Source: Gemmatimonadales bacterium (GTDB lineage: Bacteria > Gemmatimonadota > Gemmatimonadetes > Gemmatimonadales > JACORV01). Taken from it: DNA of 64,000 bases. Made by a program: the position numbers and the translations under genes. The notes beneath the pieces are model-generated. The model saw only the letters and a list, made by a program, of their open reading frames with translations, did no database searches and had not been told where the DNA came from. Positions within the stretch are counted from its first letter, which is position 1. Every line of letters begins with the position of its first letter. Shown piece after piece: positions 30,844-41,981 of this stretch. Location of the stretch: NCBI GenBank assembly GCA_035623755.1, contig DASPSV010000032.1:10765-74764 (forward strand). The letters are read 5' to 3'.

Positions 30844-32100
30844 TCAGGGCGTGGCCGGATCCATCATCCGGCCGATGAACAGGATCGTGCCGGAGAAACG
30901 CTCCCGGATGGCGAACAGGAAGGGGCGGTCGATGGCGATCGGCGGCCGCGCGGCCGTGATCCCGATCCCCACCGACGTGGCGGCTGCGGCTTCCGTCCCC
31001 TCCTCGTTCACGTCCACGAACGTCTTGTGCATCACCTCGCTGATGAACAGGTCCCGCTCGGGGCGCATCCGCGTGAAGTCGGCGCAGTCCGGCGTGCCCG
31101 GACACGGGACGAAAGCCACGCCCATCCCGAGGGCCGTCAACACGTCGTTCATCCGCAGGGCGTACCGCATCGTGAACTTGGGCAGGACCACCTGGGACGT
31201 CCCGGAGTCGAGGCCGGCGATCCAGCCGTCCCAGCGCTGGCGCGTGAGGCCGGCGAGGAGCGAGTCCATGCCGCCGGCGTCCCGCGGCATCACGATCGTC
31301 ATGCTGTAGGCCCCGCCGCCGTAGCGGAGGTCGAGCACCTGCACCGCGGCGTCGCCGCCCGTGCGCACCGGGGCCTCGCTCGCGTACCGCATCATCGGCA
31401 CCGACACGCCGGCACCGTCGAACCGCGTGAACGTCCCCGGCGCCGTCCGGCTCGGGTCGAACTGCGTCACCCAGGCGCCCTTGAAGTACACGGCATTGAT
31501 CAGGTACATGACGACGTCGGTCGGGATCACGTCCGGAACGATGGTCGGGATCCTCCCGCCGGTCTGCGCGCTCACCCACGCGTTGATCGTGGGGGCGGCA
31601 CCGGAGGAAGAGAAGTCGAGGCCGCGCACCGCCGCGTCGAAGTAGGTGGCGCACGTGTCCAGGAAGGCCTGCTCGAACGTGACGCCCTGCCGGTACCAGA
31701 TGGAGTTCGCGAGCGTGAAGTCCACCCGCGGATCGAGGCCCCGCAGGAGGTCGATCACGCCGCGATACGACCGGTTCACCTCGCCGAGGGACATGCCGTC
31801 GAGGCCGAGGACGCCCTGCATCGCGGCCTGCGTCGTTCCCGCGGCGCCGTTGTAGGTCATCCCGAGTGCCATGCCGACGCTGAGCGGAGAGAGGAACAGG
31901 TTCGAGTCCGGGCCCGATTGCGCGGCGACCGCGCGGAACAGCGCGAACGCGAAGTCGTTCCCGCGCGAGACCAGCTGCGTCTCCGAGGGCGTGAGCTCGC
32001 GCGGCAGACCGGCGATGGGACCGGTGACGGGACCGTGGTCGGCGCAGCCGGCGGCCGCGGCGAGGCACGCGGCGGCGACGGACGAACGGAGACGCTTCAT
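30844..32100 (-). CDS. Serpin (serine protease inhibitor) lipoprotein
   Basis: 418 aa. Lipobox AAAAGC, NLFLSPLSV, and an inhibitory-type hinge/RCL in FVDVNEEGTEAAAATSVGIGITAARPPIAIDRPFLF. Confidence 0.9.
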   Translation of the reverse strand: MKRLRSSVAAACLAAAAGCADHGPVTGPIAGLPRELTPSETQLVSRGNDFAFALFRAVAAQSGPDSNLFLSPLSVGMALGMTYNGAAGTTQAAMQGVLGLDGMSLGEVNRSYRGVIDLLRGLDPRVDFTLANSIWYRQGVTFEQAFLDTCATYFDAAVRGLDFSSSGAAPTINAWVSAQTGGRIPTIVPDVIPTDVVMYLINAVYFKGAWVTQFDPSRTAPGTFTRFDGAGVSVPMMRYASEAPVRTGGDAAVQVLDLRYGGGAYSMTIVMPRDAGGMDSLLAGLTRQRWDGWIAGLDSGTSQVVLPKFTMRYALRMNDVLTALGMGVAFVPCPGTPDCADFTRMRPERDLFISEVMHKTFVDVNEEGTEAAAATSVGIGITAARPPIAIDRPFLFAIRERFSGTILFIGRMMDPATP

Positions 32101-32163
32101 GGATCCCCCCGGGGGTAGACCCCGGGACCGGCGGCATGCGTCACATGGTCGGCGGGGCGGCCG

Positions 32164-33687
<1,524 letters not shown>

Positions 33688-33781
33688 CTGCTCGCTGAGG
33701 CGCAGCGGGACCGCCACGGACGGCGCGGTCACGACGGTCTCGGGGGTGCGATCGGGGCGCTGCTCATGCGGTCCTCCTCCG

Positions 33782-34387
33782 TCAAACGGCGACGTCCAGG
33801 GCGGCCAGATCCTGCCGCAGCCGCTCCGCGCCGGTGTAGCGGATCGCGCGCATGCCGAGCGCGCGCGCCGGGGGAAGGTTCTGCTCGCGGTCATCGATCA
33901 GTACCGAGGCGGCGGGCTCCGCCTGCGACATCGCGAGCGCCAGCTCGTAGATCTGCCGCGCCGGCTTGGCCACCCCGAGCCAGCAGGAGCTGAAGAACGC
34001 GGTGAAGATCGGCCTCAGGCCGAAGGTCCGCAGCCGGTGGGCGTTCAGCTCCGCGGACTCGTTGTTGATCGTCGCCATCCGGTAGCGTCCGCTGGCGGCC
34101 AGGGCGGCCGCAAGCGCGACGGCCTCCGGGTGCGGGTGGCTCTGGGCGAGCATGAAGGCCCTGAACGCCTCCCGCCCGAACGGCCGCGGCACGTCGAAGA
34201 CCGTGCAGTCCAGGTACTCGTCCAGCGACAGCCGGCCCTCTTCCCACCGGCCCACGACCTCGCGGTGCCGGCGGTCGAAGTCCTCGCCGTCTAGGCCGAA
34301 CCGCTCCACGGCGAGGGCGCGCGCGTCCCCGCCCCACCCGCTGCTGCCGAGCACGCCGCCCACGTCGAAGAACAGGTGGGTGATCAT
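33782..34387 (-). CDS. HAD-superfamily hydrolase
   Basis: Start reset to M155 of ORF 33782..34849. Motif I is LFFDVGGVL. The later VLIDDRE is motif-IV-like. Confidence 0.8.
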   Translation of the reverse strand: MITHLFFDVGGVLGSSGWGGDARALAVERFGLDGEDFDRRHREVVGRWEEGRLSLDEYLDCTVFDVPRPFGREAFRAFMLAQSHPHPEAVALAAALAASGRYRMATINNESAELNAHRLRTFGLRPIFTAFFSSCWLGVAKPARQIYELALAMSQAEPAASVLIDDREQNLPPARALGMRAIRYTGAERLRQDLAALDVAV

Positions 34388-35358
34388 CGCGCGGCGCACG
34401 CCGCGGCGCCGAGCAGGCCGACGTCCGGACTGGTGATGACCTGCACGGGGATCCGGGCGGCCAGGTCCGAGAGCCGCCCCTGGTGGCGGAACGCCGCGAC
34501 GAACCCGCCGTCCTGGAGCTTGGCGACGATGCGGGGGGCGATGCCTCCCGCCACGTAGACGCCGCCGGTCGCGAGCACGGTCAGGGCGAGACTTCCGGCC
34601 TGCTCGCCATAGACGGACGCGAAGACGTCCAGCGCCTTCACCGAGAGGGCGTCGTCCTTCGCGAGGGCGTGACGCGTGACGACGGCGGCGGGATCCTCGC
34701 CCTCCATCTCGCGCCGCACCGCCGGCTGCTCGGCCGCGAAGCCGGTCGTCGCGAGGTACTGGTAGACGCGGGCGAGGCCCGCCCCCGACAGGATGCGCTC
34801 GTACGAGACGTGGCCGAACTCGTCGACCAGCGTGTTCCGGAGGCCCCATTCGATCGCGTCGCGCGCCGCGAAAGCCACGTGCCCGCCCTCGGAGGAGTGC
34901 ACGCGGTACGCGTCACCGTCCCACACCAGGAACCCCTGCCCGAGCCCGGTGCCGGCGCCGATCAGCGCGATGGTGCCGTGAGGTGTCGGCACGCCCGCCT
35001 GGAGCGGGACGAGGTCGCCCGGACCGAGCAGGCCGACGCCGTAGCCGACGGCCTCGAAGTCGTTGATGATGGTCGTCGCCGCGATGCCGATCTCGCCGGC
35101 GAGCACGCGGGCGCTCACGGTCCAGGGCAGGTTCGGCGTCCGGCACTCGCCATCGACCACGGGGCCCGCGATGCCGAAGCAGGCGCGCTCCGGCCCGGGC
35201 CCCGCCTCGTCGAGGAACCGCCGCACGATCGGGCCGAGCGTCGGCGCGCTCCGGCTCGGGTAGCGCCGCTCGAGGGCGATGCGGGCGGTGGTGCCCGCCA
35301 CGTCCACGACGGCGAGGCGGGCGTTGGTGCCGCCGACGTCTCCGGCGAGGACCTTCAC
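34384..35358 (-). CDS. glk: Glucokinase
   Basis: GTG start. VLAGDVGGTNARLAVV, INDFEAVGYG, GAGTGLG. Confidence 0.9.
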   Translation of the reverse strand: MKVLAGDVGGTNARLAVVDVAGTTARIALERRYPSRSAPTLGPIVRRFLDEAGPGPERACFGIAGPVVDGECRTPNLPWTVSARVLAGEIGIAATTIINDFEAVGYGVGLLGPGDLVPLQAGVPTPHGTIALIGAGTGLGQGFLVWDGDAYRVHSSEGGHVAFAARDAIEWGLRNTLVDEFGHVSYERILSGAGLARVYQYLATTGFAAEQPAVRREMEGEDPAAVVTRHALAKDDALSVKALDVFASVYGEQAGSLALTVLATGGVYVAGGIAPRIVAKLQDGGFVAAFRHQGRLSDLAARIPVQVITSPDVGLLGAAACAAR

Positions 35359-36071
35359 GGCACGGCGCTCCCCAGCCGGCCGGCCGCGGCGTGGTCGACG
35401 AACCACACGCCGCCGCGGGCCAGCTGGACGGGGACGTCGCGCGGCTCGAGCGGTCCCTCGAGCGCGCGCACCAGGGCGGCGGCCTTGCCGGCGCCCGCGA
35501 CCAGGACCACGACCCGGCGCGCCGCGGCGATCACCGGCGGGGTGATGGTCAGCCGGTCGACGGGTGGCTTGGGCCCGGTGACGGGGACGACGCGGCGGAC
35601 GCGCTCCGCGCAGGCCGGCGAGCCCGGGAACAGCGACGCCGTGTGGCCGTCGGCGCCCATCCCGAGGATCAGGAGGTCCAGGCGCTCGGGCAGGGCGTTC
35701 GCGTAGTCCTGCGCTGCGGCGTCGCGGTCCGGCCGCTCGGCCTCGAGCCGGTGCACCCGGGACGCGGCGGCCGGGGCCCTGGCGAGCAGTGCGGCCATCG
35801 CCATGCCGTAATTGCTCTCCGGATCGCCGGGCGGCACGGCGCGCTCGTCGCCGAAGAAGACGTCCACGTCGCGCCAGCGGATCCGCGTCGCGCGCGACGC
35901 TTCGGCGAGGCGCTCGTACACCGGCCGCGGCGTTTCGCCGCCGGACAGGGCGATGGCGCAGTGCCCGGACGCGCGAAGGTCGGCCTCGAGAGCGGCCGCG
36001 ATCCAATCCGCCGCCGTCGCGGCGAAGCGCGAGGCCGGCTCGACGTGGAGCTCGAGGGCGGACGCGCTCAC
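35355..36071 (-). CDS. pgl: 6-phosphogluconolactonase
   Basis: GTG start. ALSGGETPRPVY, VFFGDERAVPP, LLILGMGADGHTASLFPG. Confidence 0.85.
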   Translation of the reverse strand: MSASALELHVEPASRFAATAADWIAAALEADLRASGHCAIALSGGETPRPVYERLAEASRATRIRWRDVDVFFGDERAVPPGDPESNYGMAMAALLARAPAAASRVHRLEAERPDRDAAAQDYANALPERLDLLILGMGADGHTASLFPGSPACAERVRRVVPVTGPKPPVDRLTITPPVIAAARRVVVLVAGAGKAAALVRALEGPLEPRDVPVQLARGGVWFVDHAAAGRLGSAVP

Positions 36072-38101
36072 ATCACGGCCGGCGCGTCGGCGGGACGGGG
36101 CTGCCCGCAGGTGGGGCACGCGGAGAGCCGGAGCACCCGCTCGCGGTAGGCCTCCACCGCGAACACGAACGCCGCCTGGCTCCAGGTGAGCGGCGAGACC
36201 GACAGCGGCTCGCCGGTGTACGGGTGCAGCTGCTCGGCCATCACGCCCGAGGGCAGCGCGTGGCGGGCGGCCCACCCGATGAGGTCGAGCCCCTTCGCCA
36301 GCTCGCCCGGCGCCTGCGCGCGCATCAGGTGGTAGCGCGCCAGCCACAGGGTGCTGACGAACCACGGATTGCCCGGCACCCGCGCCGTGTCCTGCTTCTC
36401 GACCTGCTGGTAGGGGTCGTTCTCGTACCGCGCCAGCCCGCCCACGTCCGTCTGCACGCGGAGCCGCTCCTCCACCTGCCGCATGGTGGACGCGACCTGC
36501 GGGTCGTCGGGGGGGAGGACGTCGAGCTCGACCACCCCGAAGACGCTGGCGTCGATCGTGGAATCGCCCTGGTAGCCGGTCGGAACGGGCGCGACCATGC
36601 GCAGGAACCGCCCGTCCCGCTCGCTCCACAGCACGGCACGCATCGCCGCGAGCATCCGGTCCCCGGCGCCGCGGTAGCGGGCCGCGCGTTCGTCCTCGCC
36701 GAAGGCGGCCGCCAGCCGCGCGGCCGCCCGCAGTCCGGCGATGACGGCGCCGACCGTGAAGAGGTGCACGCCCCACCGCTCCTCCCACAGATCGTAGGAG
36801 GGCAGCGGCAGCCCCGTGCGCTCGTCCACGTACTTCGCCAGGAAGTCGCCCGGGCGCGTGACCAGCGGACGGTAGAACGGCGCGATCGTCTCGACGCGGT
36901 GGGAGCGGTCGAAGTACTCGCCGAGCGCCCACACCACCAGCGCGGTCTCGTCCTCCTGGATGGGCAGCACCGGCTTGCCCTCGCGGACGTAGCCGTGCCA
37001 CGACGACGCCAGCGTGCCATCGGGGTTGTACTTGTGCCGCAGGAATCCCTCGGGGGAGATGATGCGGGCGCAGAACTCGAGGAACCGCTCCGCCGCCACG
37101 GCGTGTCCCGAGCGCAGGAGGGCGACGCTCGCCAGCGCGCCGTCGCGGGGCCAGGCGTAGGAGTACGTGTCGCGGTTGAAGCGGACGATGTCGGTGTCGT
37201 TCGCCGCCAGGACCGCGCCCTCGGCGTCGATCTGGGAGCGGATGATGAGCAGGCTCTGGCAGTACCGGTCCACCACGTCGCGCGGCAGGTCCGCGAAGTC
37301 GCGTCCCTCGCGGGTGACCCAGAGCTGCCAGTAGCGCTGGGTGCGCCGCAGCAGCTCCGCCGGCGTCTTGTCCCGGACCACGGCGTCGATGGTCGCGACC
37401 TCGTGAAAGTCGCGGCCGGCCGCCATCCAGGTGTAGAACTCGCCGGTATCGCCCGCGCCGACGGTGAGCGTCACGCCGATGGTCGAGTCCACCGAGCCCT
37501 GGGCGATGGGGTTCCCCCCCAGCACGCCGTCCTCGGCGTCGCGCCACGTTCCCTCGGCACCGGCCACCTCCTTCTGCCCGCAGGCGTAGTGCTGCACGCC
37601 GACGGCGCCCCCCGCCAGGCAGTTGACCAGGAAGTACCGGTCGTCCTTGTAGTGCAGCACCGCCGCGATCTCCGGCGAGAACAGGGCGGTGTCCCCGACG
37701 TCGTTCTCCTTGAGGTGGAAGTCGTGGTGGAGGAAGACGCGGATCTCCCGTGCGGCGGCGCTCGTGTTGGTGACGCGGATGCGCCGCACCAGCACGTTCT
37801 CGTAGAAGTCGACCGCGTCGGTGAACTGGAGCGCCACGCCGAGGGCGTCGCTCGCGGCGGTCACGCCCGTGGCCAGGGTGGGGTCGGCGTACCGCCGCTC
37901 CGGATGCCACCCGGCGTCGAGCCAGCCGAAGCGGCCGTCCACCCACACGCCCACGCGGAACGGATGGCCGACGGCGTGGTTCTCCATCCCGACGTGCGGG
38001 AAGTACACGTCGCGGATGCGGTACTCGAGGTCGAACGCTACGAGCAGCGTCCCGTTGGAGAGCGGCAGGTCGCGCGGCATTTTCGGTCGGTGTCGAACCA
38101 A
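36068..38101 (-). CDS. Glycoside hydrolase family 15 (glucoamylase/glucodextranase/trehalase-like)
   Basis: 677 aa. YSYAWPRDGA, LPIQEDETALVVWAL, DLWEERWG. An alternative start is M8 at 38080. Confidence 0.85.
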   Translation of the reverse strand: MVRHRPKMPRDLPLSNGTLLVAFDLEYRIRDVYFPHVGMENHAVGHPFRVGVWVDGRFGWLDAGWHPERRYADPTLATGVTAASDALGVALQFTDAVDFYENVLVRRIRVTNTSAAAREIRVFLHHDFHLKENDVGDTALFSPEIAAVLHYKDDRYFLVNCLAGGAVGVQHYACGQKEVAGAEGTWRDAEDGVLGGNPIAQGSVDSTIGVTLTVGAGDTGEFYTWMAAGRDFHEVATIDAVVRDKTPAELLRRTQRYWQLWVTREGRDFADLPRDVVDRYCQSLLIIRSQIDAEGAVLAANDTDIVRFNRDTYSYAWPRDGALASVALLRSGHAVAAERFLEFCARIISPEGFLRHKYNPDGTLASSWHGYVREGKPVLPIQEDETALVVWALGEYFDRSHRVETIAPFYRPLVTRPGDFLAKYVDERTGLPLPSYDLWEERWGVHLFTVGAVIAGLRAAARLAAAFGEDERAARYRGAGDRMLAAMRAVLWSERDGRFLRMVAPVPTGYQGDSTIDASVFGVVELDVLPPDDPQVASTMRQVEERLRVQTDVGGLARYENDPYQQVEKQDTARVPGNPWFVSTLWLARYHLMRAQAPGELAKGLDLIGWAARHALPSGVMAEQLHPYTGEPLSVSPLTWSQAAFVFAVEAYRERVLRLSACPTCGQPRPADAPAVM

Positions 38102-38176
38102 TATAACCGCGCGCCGCGGCGCCGCCGCGCGATCTCCAACGCCCCCGGCCGGGCCGCCGTATGTTGCTCAACGTCC

Positions 38177-38953
38177 ATGCGTGCTTGCCTGCTCCTGTGT
38201 GCCTGCCTCGCCGCGGCGCTGCGGCCGACCGCGGCCCGCGCGCAGGACAACTACGAGATCCAGGTGTACGGGGCGAGCCTGGTGCCCGCCGCCCGCACCA
38301 TGGTCGAGCTGCACTCCAACTTCACCGCGGACGGCCGGACCGGTGTGGTGGACGGGCTGCAGCCCACCGAGCACGCCTTCCACGAGACCCTCGAGATCAC
38401 GCACGGCTTCGCGCCGTGGCTGGAGGTGGGCTTCTACGTGTTCACCAGCGCGCGGGACGGCGACGGCTGGAGCTGGGTCGGCGACCACGTCCGCCCGCGG
38501 ATCGCCGTGCCCGAGAGCTGGCACTGGCCGGTGGGCGTGAGCCTCTCGACCGAGGTCGGCTACCAGCGGCGCGCCTTTTCCACGGACACCTGGACCTGGG
38601 AGATCCGGCCCATCGTCGACCAGCAGCTGGGCCGCTGGTACTGGGCCGTGAACCCTGCCCTCGAGCGCTCGCTCTCGGGCGAGAACGCCGGGCGCGGCTG
38701 GGAGTTCTCGCCGGCCGCGGCGCTGACCTACGACGCGAGCCCGGTCGTGACGGCGGGGCTCGAATACTACGGCTCCCTCGGTCCCGTGAGCGGGTTCGAT
38801 CCGGGGCCCCTGCAGGAGCAGCAGCTGTTCGCCGCGCTGGACCTGAACGTGTCGCCCCGGTGGGAGATCAACCTGGGCGTGGGGCGCGGCTTCACCGCGA
38901 GCACGGACCGGCTGCTCATCAAGACGATCTTCGGGTACCGCCTGCCTTTCTAG
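38177..38953 (+). CDS. Outer-membrane beta-barrel protein, function unknown
   Basis: Only the last 258 aa of ORF 35789..38953 look real. Signal peptide ending ARAQ, alternating beta-strand pattern, C-terminal ..GYRLPF. Confidence 0.6.
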   Translation: MRACLLLCACLAAALRPTAARAQDNYEIQVYGASLVPAARTMVELHSNFTADGRTGVVDGLQPTEHAFHETLEITHGFAPWLEVGFYVFTSARDGDGWSWVGDHVRPRIAVPESWHWPVGVSLSTEVGYQRRAFSTDTWTWEIRPIVDQQLGRWYWAVNPALERSLSGENAGRGWEFSPAAALTYDASPVVTAGLEYYGSLGPVSGFDPGPLQEQQLFAALDLNVSPRWEINLGVGRGFTASTDRLLIKTIFGYRLPF

Positions 38954-38986
38954 TCCGCGGGTCTCGCGCCATCTTGTGGTGCGACC

Positions 38987-39682
38987 GTGAAGCCGTCCGT
39001 CGAAGACCTGAAGCGCGCCGCCGCGGCGCGCGCCGTCGAGTTCATCGAGAGCGGCACCGCGATCGGCCTGGGCACCGGATCGACCGTGCGCCCGCTGCTC
39101 GAGCTGCTGGCCGAGCGCCTGCGGGCGCGCCTCCTGACCGATGTCGTGGCGGTGCCCACCTCGGCCGACACCGAGCAGCGGTGCCGCGCGCTCGGCATCC
39201 CGCTCGTGACGCTCGAGGAGCACCCGGTGCTGTCCCTGGTCATCGACGGGGCCGACGAGGTCGGCCCGCGCCTCGCCCTGATCAAGGGCGGGGGCGGCGC
39301 ACTGCTCCGCGAGAAGGTGGTGGCGACCGCGGCGAAGCGGTTCGTGGTGGTCGCCGACGAGTCGAAGCTCGTCCGCCGGCTGGGCACGCGCGTGCCGCTG
39401 CCCGTCGAAGTGATCCCGTTCGGCTGGAGCGGACTGCTGGCCTTCTTCGCGTCGCTGGGCGCGGAGCCGGTGCTGCGGCGCGGGCCCGACGGCGCGCCGG
39501 TCGTGACCGACAACGGCAACTACCTCGTGGATTGCCGTTTCCCGCGGGGGATCGCCGATCCCGCCGCGCTCGCGCGGGCGCTCGCCCGCCGCACCGGCGT
39601 GGTGGAGGACGGCCTGTTCCTGCGCCTGGCCCGGGTGGCCGTCGTGGCCGGCGCGCGAGGCGTGCGCCTCCTCAAGCCCTGA
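38987..39682 (+). CDS. rpiA: Ribose-5-phosphate isomerase A
   Basis: 231 aa. IGLGTGSTV, VIDGADEV, LIKGGGGALLREK. Confidence 0.9.
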   Translation: MKPSVEDLKRAAAARAVEFIESGTAIGLGTGSTVRPLLELLAERLRARLLTDVVAVPTSADTEQRCRALGIPLVTLEEHPVLSLVIDGADEVGPRLALIKGGGGALLREKVVATAAKRFVVVADESKLVRRLGTRVPLPVEVIPFGWSGLLAFFASLGAEPVLRRGPDGAPVVTDNGNYLVDCRFPRGIADPAALARALARRTGVVEDGLFLRLARVAVVAGARGVRLLKP

Positions 39683-39695
39683 GCCTGCCCGTCCG

Positions 39696-41981
39696 GTGAC
39701 CGCGTCCTGGCTGCTCCTCGCCACGCTGCTGTCCTGGTGGCACGCCGTCGGCGCGCTCGTGCCGCGCGCCGCCCCCGTACCCGCCGACTCGTGCGCGCCG
39801 CCGGCCGCGGCCGGACCCGAGAGCCTGCTCGCCGCCGGACGCTTCTGGCACGCGTCGCGGGTGGCGCCGGCCGTTCCCGCGGCGCCGCATCCCGTGCCGC
39901 TGCGCGTGGCGCTGCTGCGGCTCGCCATCGGCGAGGGCCTCGGGCGCATGGGTACGGCGACCGGGGTCCTCGCGCGCGTGCGCGGTGCGGACACGGCCGC
40001 GGAGCTCCTGGCACTGGCCGCCCGCGACGACGGGCGCGCGGGGCGATGGGGCGCGGCCGCGGCCGGGGACCGGCGGCTCGCCGCGCTGCCCGGAGCGCGG
40101 CCCGCCGAGCGGGCCGCCGGCGCGGTGCGCCTGGCGGTCGCCCTCGGCGAGCTGCACGAGACGGACTCGGCGGCCGCCGCCTGGAGCCGGGCTGCGCTGC
40201 TGCTGCCCGATCTCGCCGACTGGCTCGCCATTCGCCGGGCCGCTCTCGATCCCGACACGGCGTCCGCGTTCGCAGCGATGGCCGACGCGCGCACGCCCGG
40301 CGCCGCCGAGTTCGCCGACAGCCTGGTGGCCGAGCGCCGCGAGGCCGCGGGGAACCTCCGCGGCGCGCTCGCCGTCTATCTCCGGCGCGGCCGGGTGCTG
40401 GACGCGGCGCGGGTCGAGATCCAGCTCGGCCACGCCGACGTGGCGCGGGCCCGGGTCGGCGCGCTGCTCACCGCGGACCCCTCGCGGCCCGTCGCGCTCC
40501 TCGCGGCCAGCTTCATTGTCGATCAGTGGTCGGCGCCGACGGCCGAAGAGCTGACGGCGATCGCCCGGGCGTACCGCGCGCGGGGCGATGCGAGGTCGGC
40601 GCAGCGGTACCTCGAACGGCTGGTCGCCGCGCGGGATACCTCCGCGGTGGCGTGGCTCGAGCTCGCCCAGGTGGCCGCCGCCCGGCACCGGATCCAGGTG
40701 GCCCGAAGCGCCCTGGCCCACGCGCGCGAGCGGCTGCGGCAGCGCCCCGACGCGGCGGCGCTGGAGGCGAAGGCGACGGCGCAGGTGCTGGGGTCCCAGG
40801 GGCGGTGGCTGGAAGCCGATTCGCTGGTCGCGGGCATGGCGCAGACCTTCCCGGGTGACACCGGCGTCGCGGCGGCGGCCCTGATGCTCGCCGACCACGA
40901 GCGCTGGCAGGGAACGTCGGAGTCCGAGCGCCCGTGGTACGAGCTGCTGGTGCGGCTGTTCGGCGCCACCCCGGCGGCGAACGTGGCGCGCTTCCGCCTG
41001 GCCCTCATGGCCTACGCCGCGGGCTTCGCCGATTCGGCCGCAACCGGCGTCGCCGCGGCGCTCGCCGGGGACTCGGCACATCGGCTCGGGCCGGCGCCGC
41101 GCTACTGGGCCGCGCGGCTCGCGTTCGAACGGCATGAGACCGCCGGGGCCGACACGCTGCGCCGGATCGCCGCCGAGGATCCGACCGGCTACTACGGCGT
41201 CCGCGCGCGGGAGCTGGTGGGCGACTCCCTTCCCCTGGGGCCGGATTCGCTGCTGCCGTCCCCGGCTCCAGGCGGTTTCTCTCCCACGCGCGCGGCGGAC
41301 CGCATCGAGCTGCTGGCCGCGGCGGGCCTCACCGCGGAGGCTCGCGCCGAAGCGGTGGCGTGGATCCGGGACACGAGCGCCTCGCCCCAGCTGCTGACCG
41401 CGGCGGCGGCCGCGGCCACGCGCGCCGGCTTCGCCCAGGAGGCGATCTTCCTCGGCCTCGCCGCGCGGAGCCGCGGCCCGATCACCCGGGGGGTCGCGGA
41501 GGCGCTCTTTCCGTTGCCCTTCCGGCCGGTGATCACTGCGGAAGCCGCCGAGCAGTGCGTCGATCCGATGCTGCTGGCCGCGATCGTCCGGCAGGAGTCG
41601 AGGTTTCAGCCGAAGGCGCGCTCGCGGGTCGGCGCGCGGGGGCTGAGCCAGCTCCTGCCGGTGACCGCGCGGCAGATGAGCCGGCGCTTCGGGCCGTGGG
41701 ATCCATCGCTGCTGGACGTCCCGGACTTCAACCTGCACTTCGGCGCGCGGTACCTGCGCGACCGGATCGCGCGTGACTCGGTCCCGCTGTACGCGGTCGT
41801 CGCCAGCTACGACGCCGGCCCGCAGCACCTGGCGCGGTGGCGGGCGTGGCCGGAGATGCGCGACGCCGACCTGTTCGTCGAGCGCCTGCCGATCGCGGAA
41901 ACCCGCGACTACGTGCGCAGCGTGTACGCGAACCACGCCTGGTATCGCCGGGTCTACGGCGCGGGGACCGGACCGGGATGA
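39696..41981 (+). CDS. Soluble lytic murein transglycosylase (Slt70-like)
   Basis: 761 aa. Long superhelical Ala/Arg-rich N-domain. C-terminal SLT domain LLAAIVRQESRFQPKARSRVGARGLSQLLP..ASYDAGP. Confidence 0.8.
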   Translation: MTASWLLLATLLSWWHAVGALVPRAAPVPADSCAPPAAAGPESLLAAGRFWHASRVAPAVPAAPHPVPLRVALLRLAIGEGLGRMGTATGVLARVRGADTAAELLALAARDDGRAGRWGAAAAGDRRLAALPGARPAERAAGAVRLAVALGELHETDSAAAAWSRAALLLPDLADWLAIRRAALDPDTASAFAAMADARTPGAAEFADSLVAERREAAGNLRGALAVYLRRGRVLDAARVEIQLGHADVARARVGALLTADPSRPVALLAASFIVDQWSAPTAEELTAIARAYRARGDARSAQRYLERLVAARDTSAVAWLELAQVAAARHRIQVARSALAHARERLRQRPDAAALEAKATAQVLGSQGRWLEADSLVAGMAQTFPGDTGVAAAALMLADHERWQGTSESERPWYELLVRLFGATPAANVARFRLALMAYAAGFADSAATGVAAALAGDSAHRLGPAPRYWAARLAFERHETAGADTLRRIAAEDPTGYYGVRARELVGDSLPLGPDSLLPSPAPGGFSPTRAADRIELLAAAGLTAEARAEAVAWIRDTSASPQLLTAAAAAATRAGFAQEAIFLGLAARSRGPITRGVAEALFPLPFRPVITAEAAEQCVDPMLLAAIVRQESRFQPKARSRVGARGLSQLLPVTARQMSRRFGPWDPSLLDVPDFNLHFGARYLRDRIARDSVPLYAVVASYDAGPQHLARWRAWPEMRDADLFVERLPIAETRDYVRSVYANHAWYRRVYGAGTGPG

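Noticed and set aside
35789-38176. N-terminal roughly 800 aa of the 1054-aa plus-strand ORF 35789..38953
   Set aside because: This part is antisense to pgl and the GH15 gene. Only the last 258 aa, from the ATG at 38177 with a signal peptide, look like a real beta-barrel protein.
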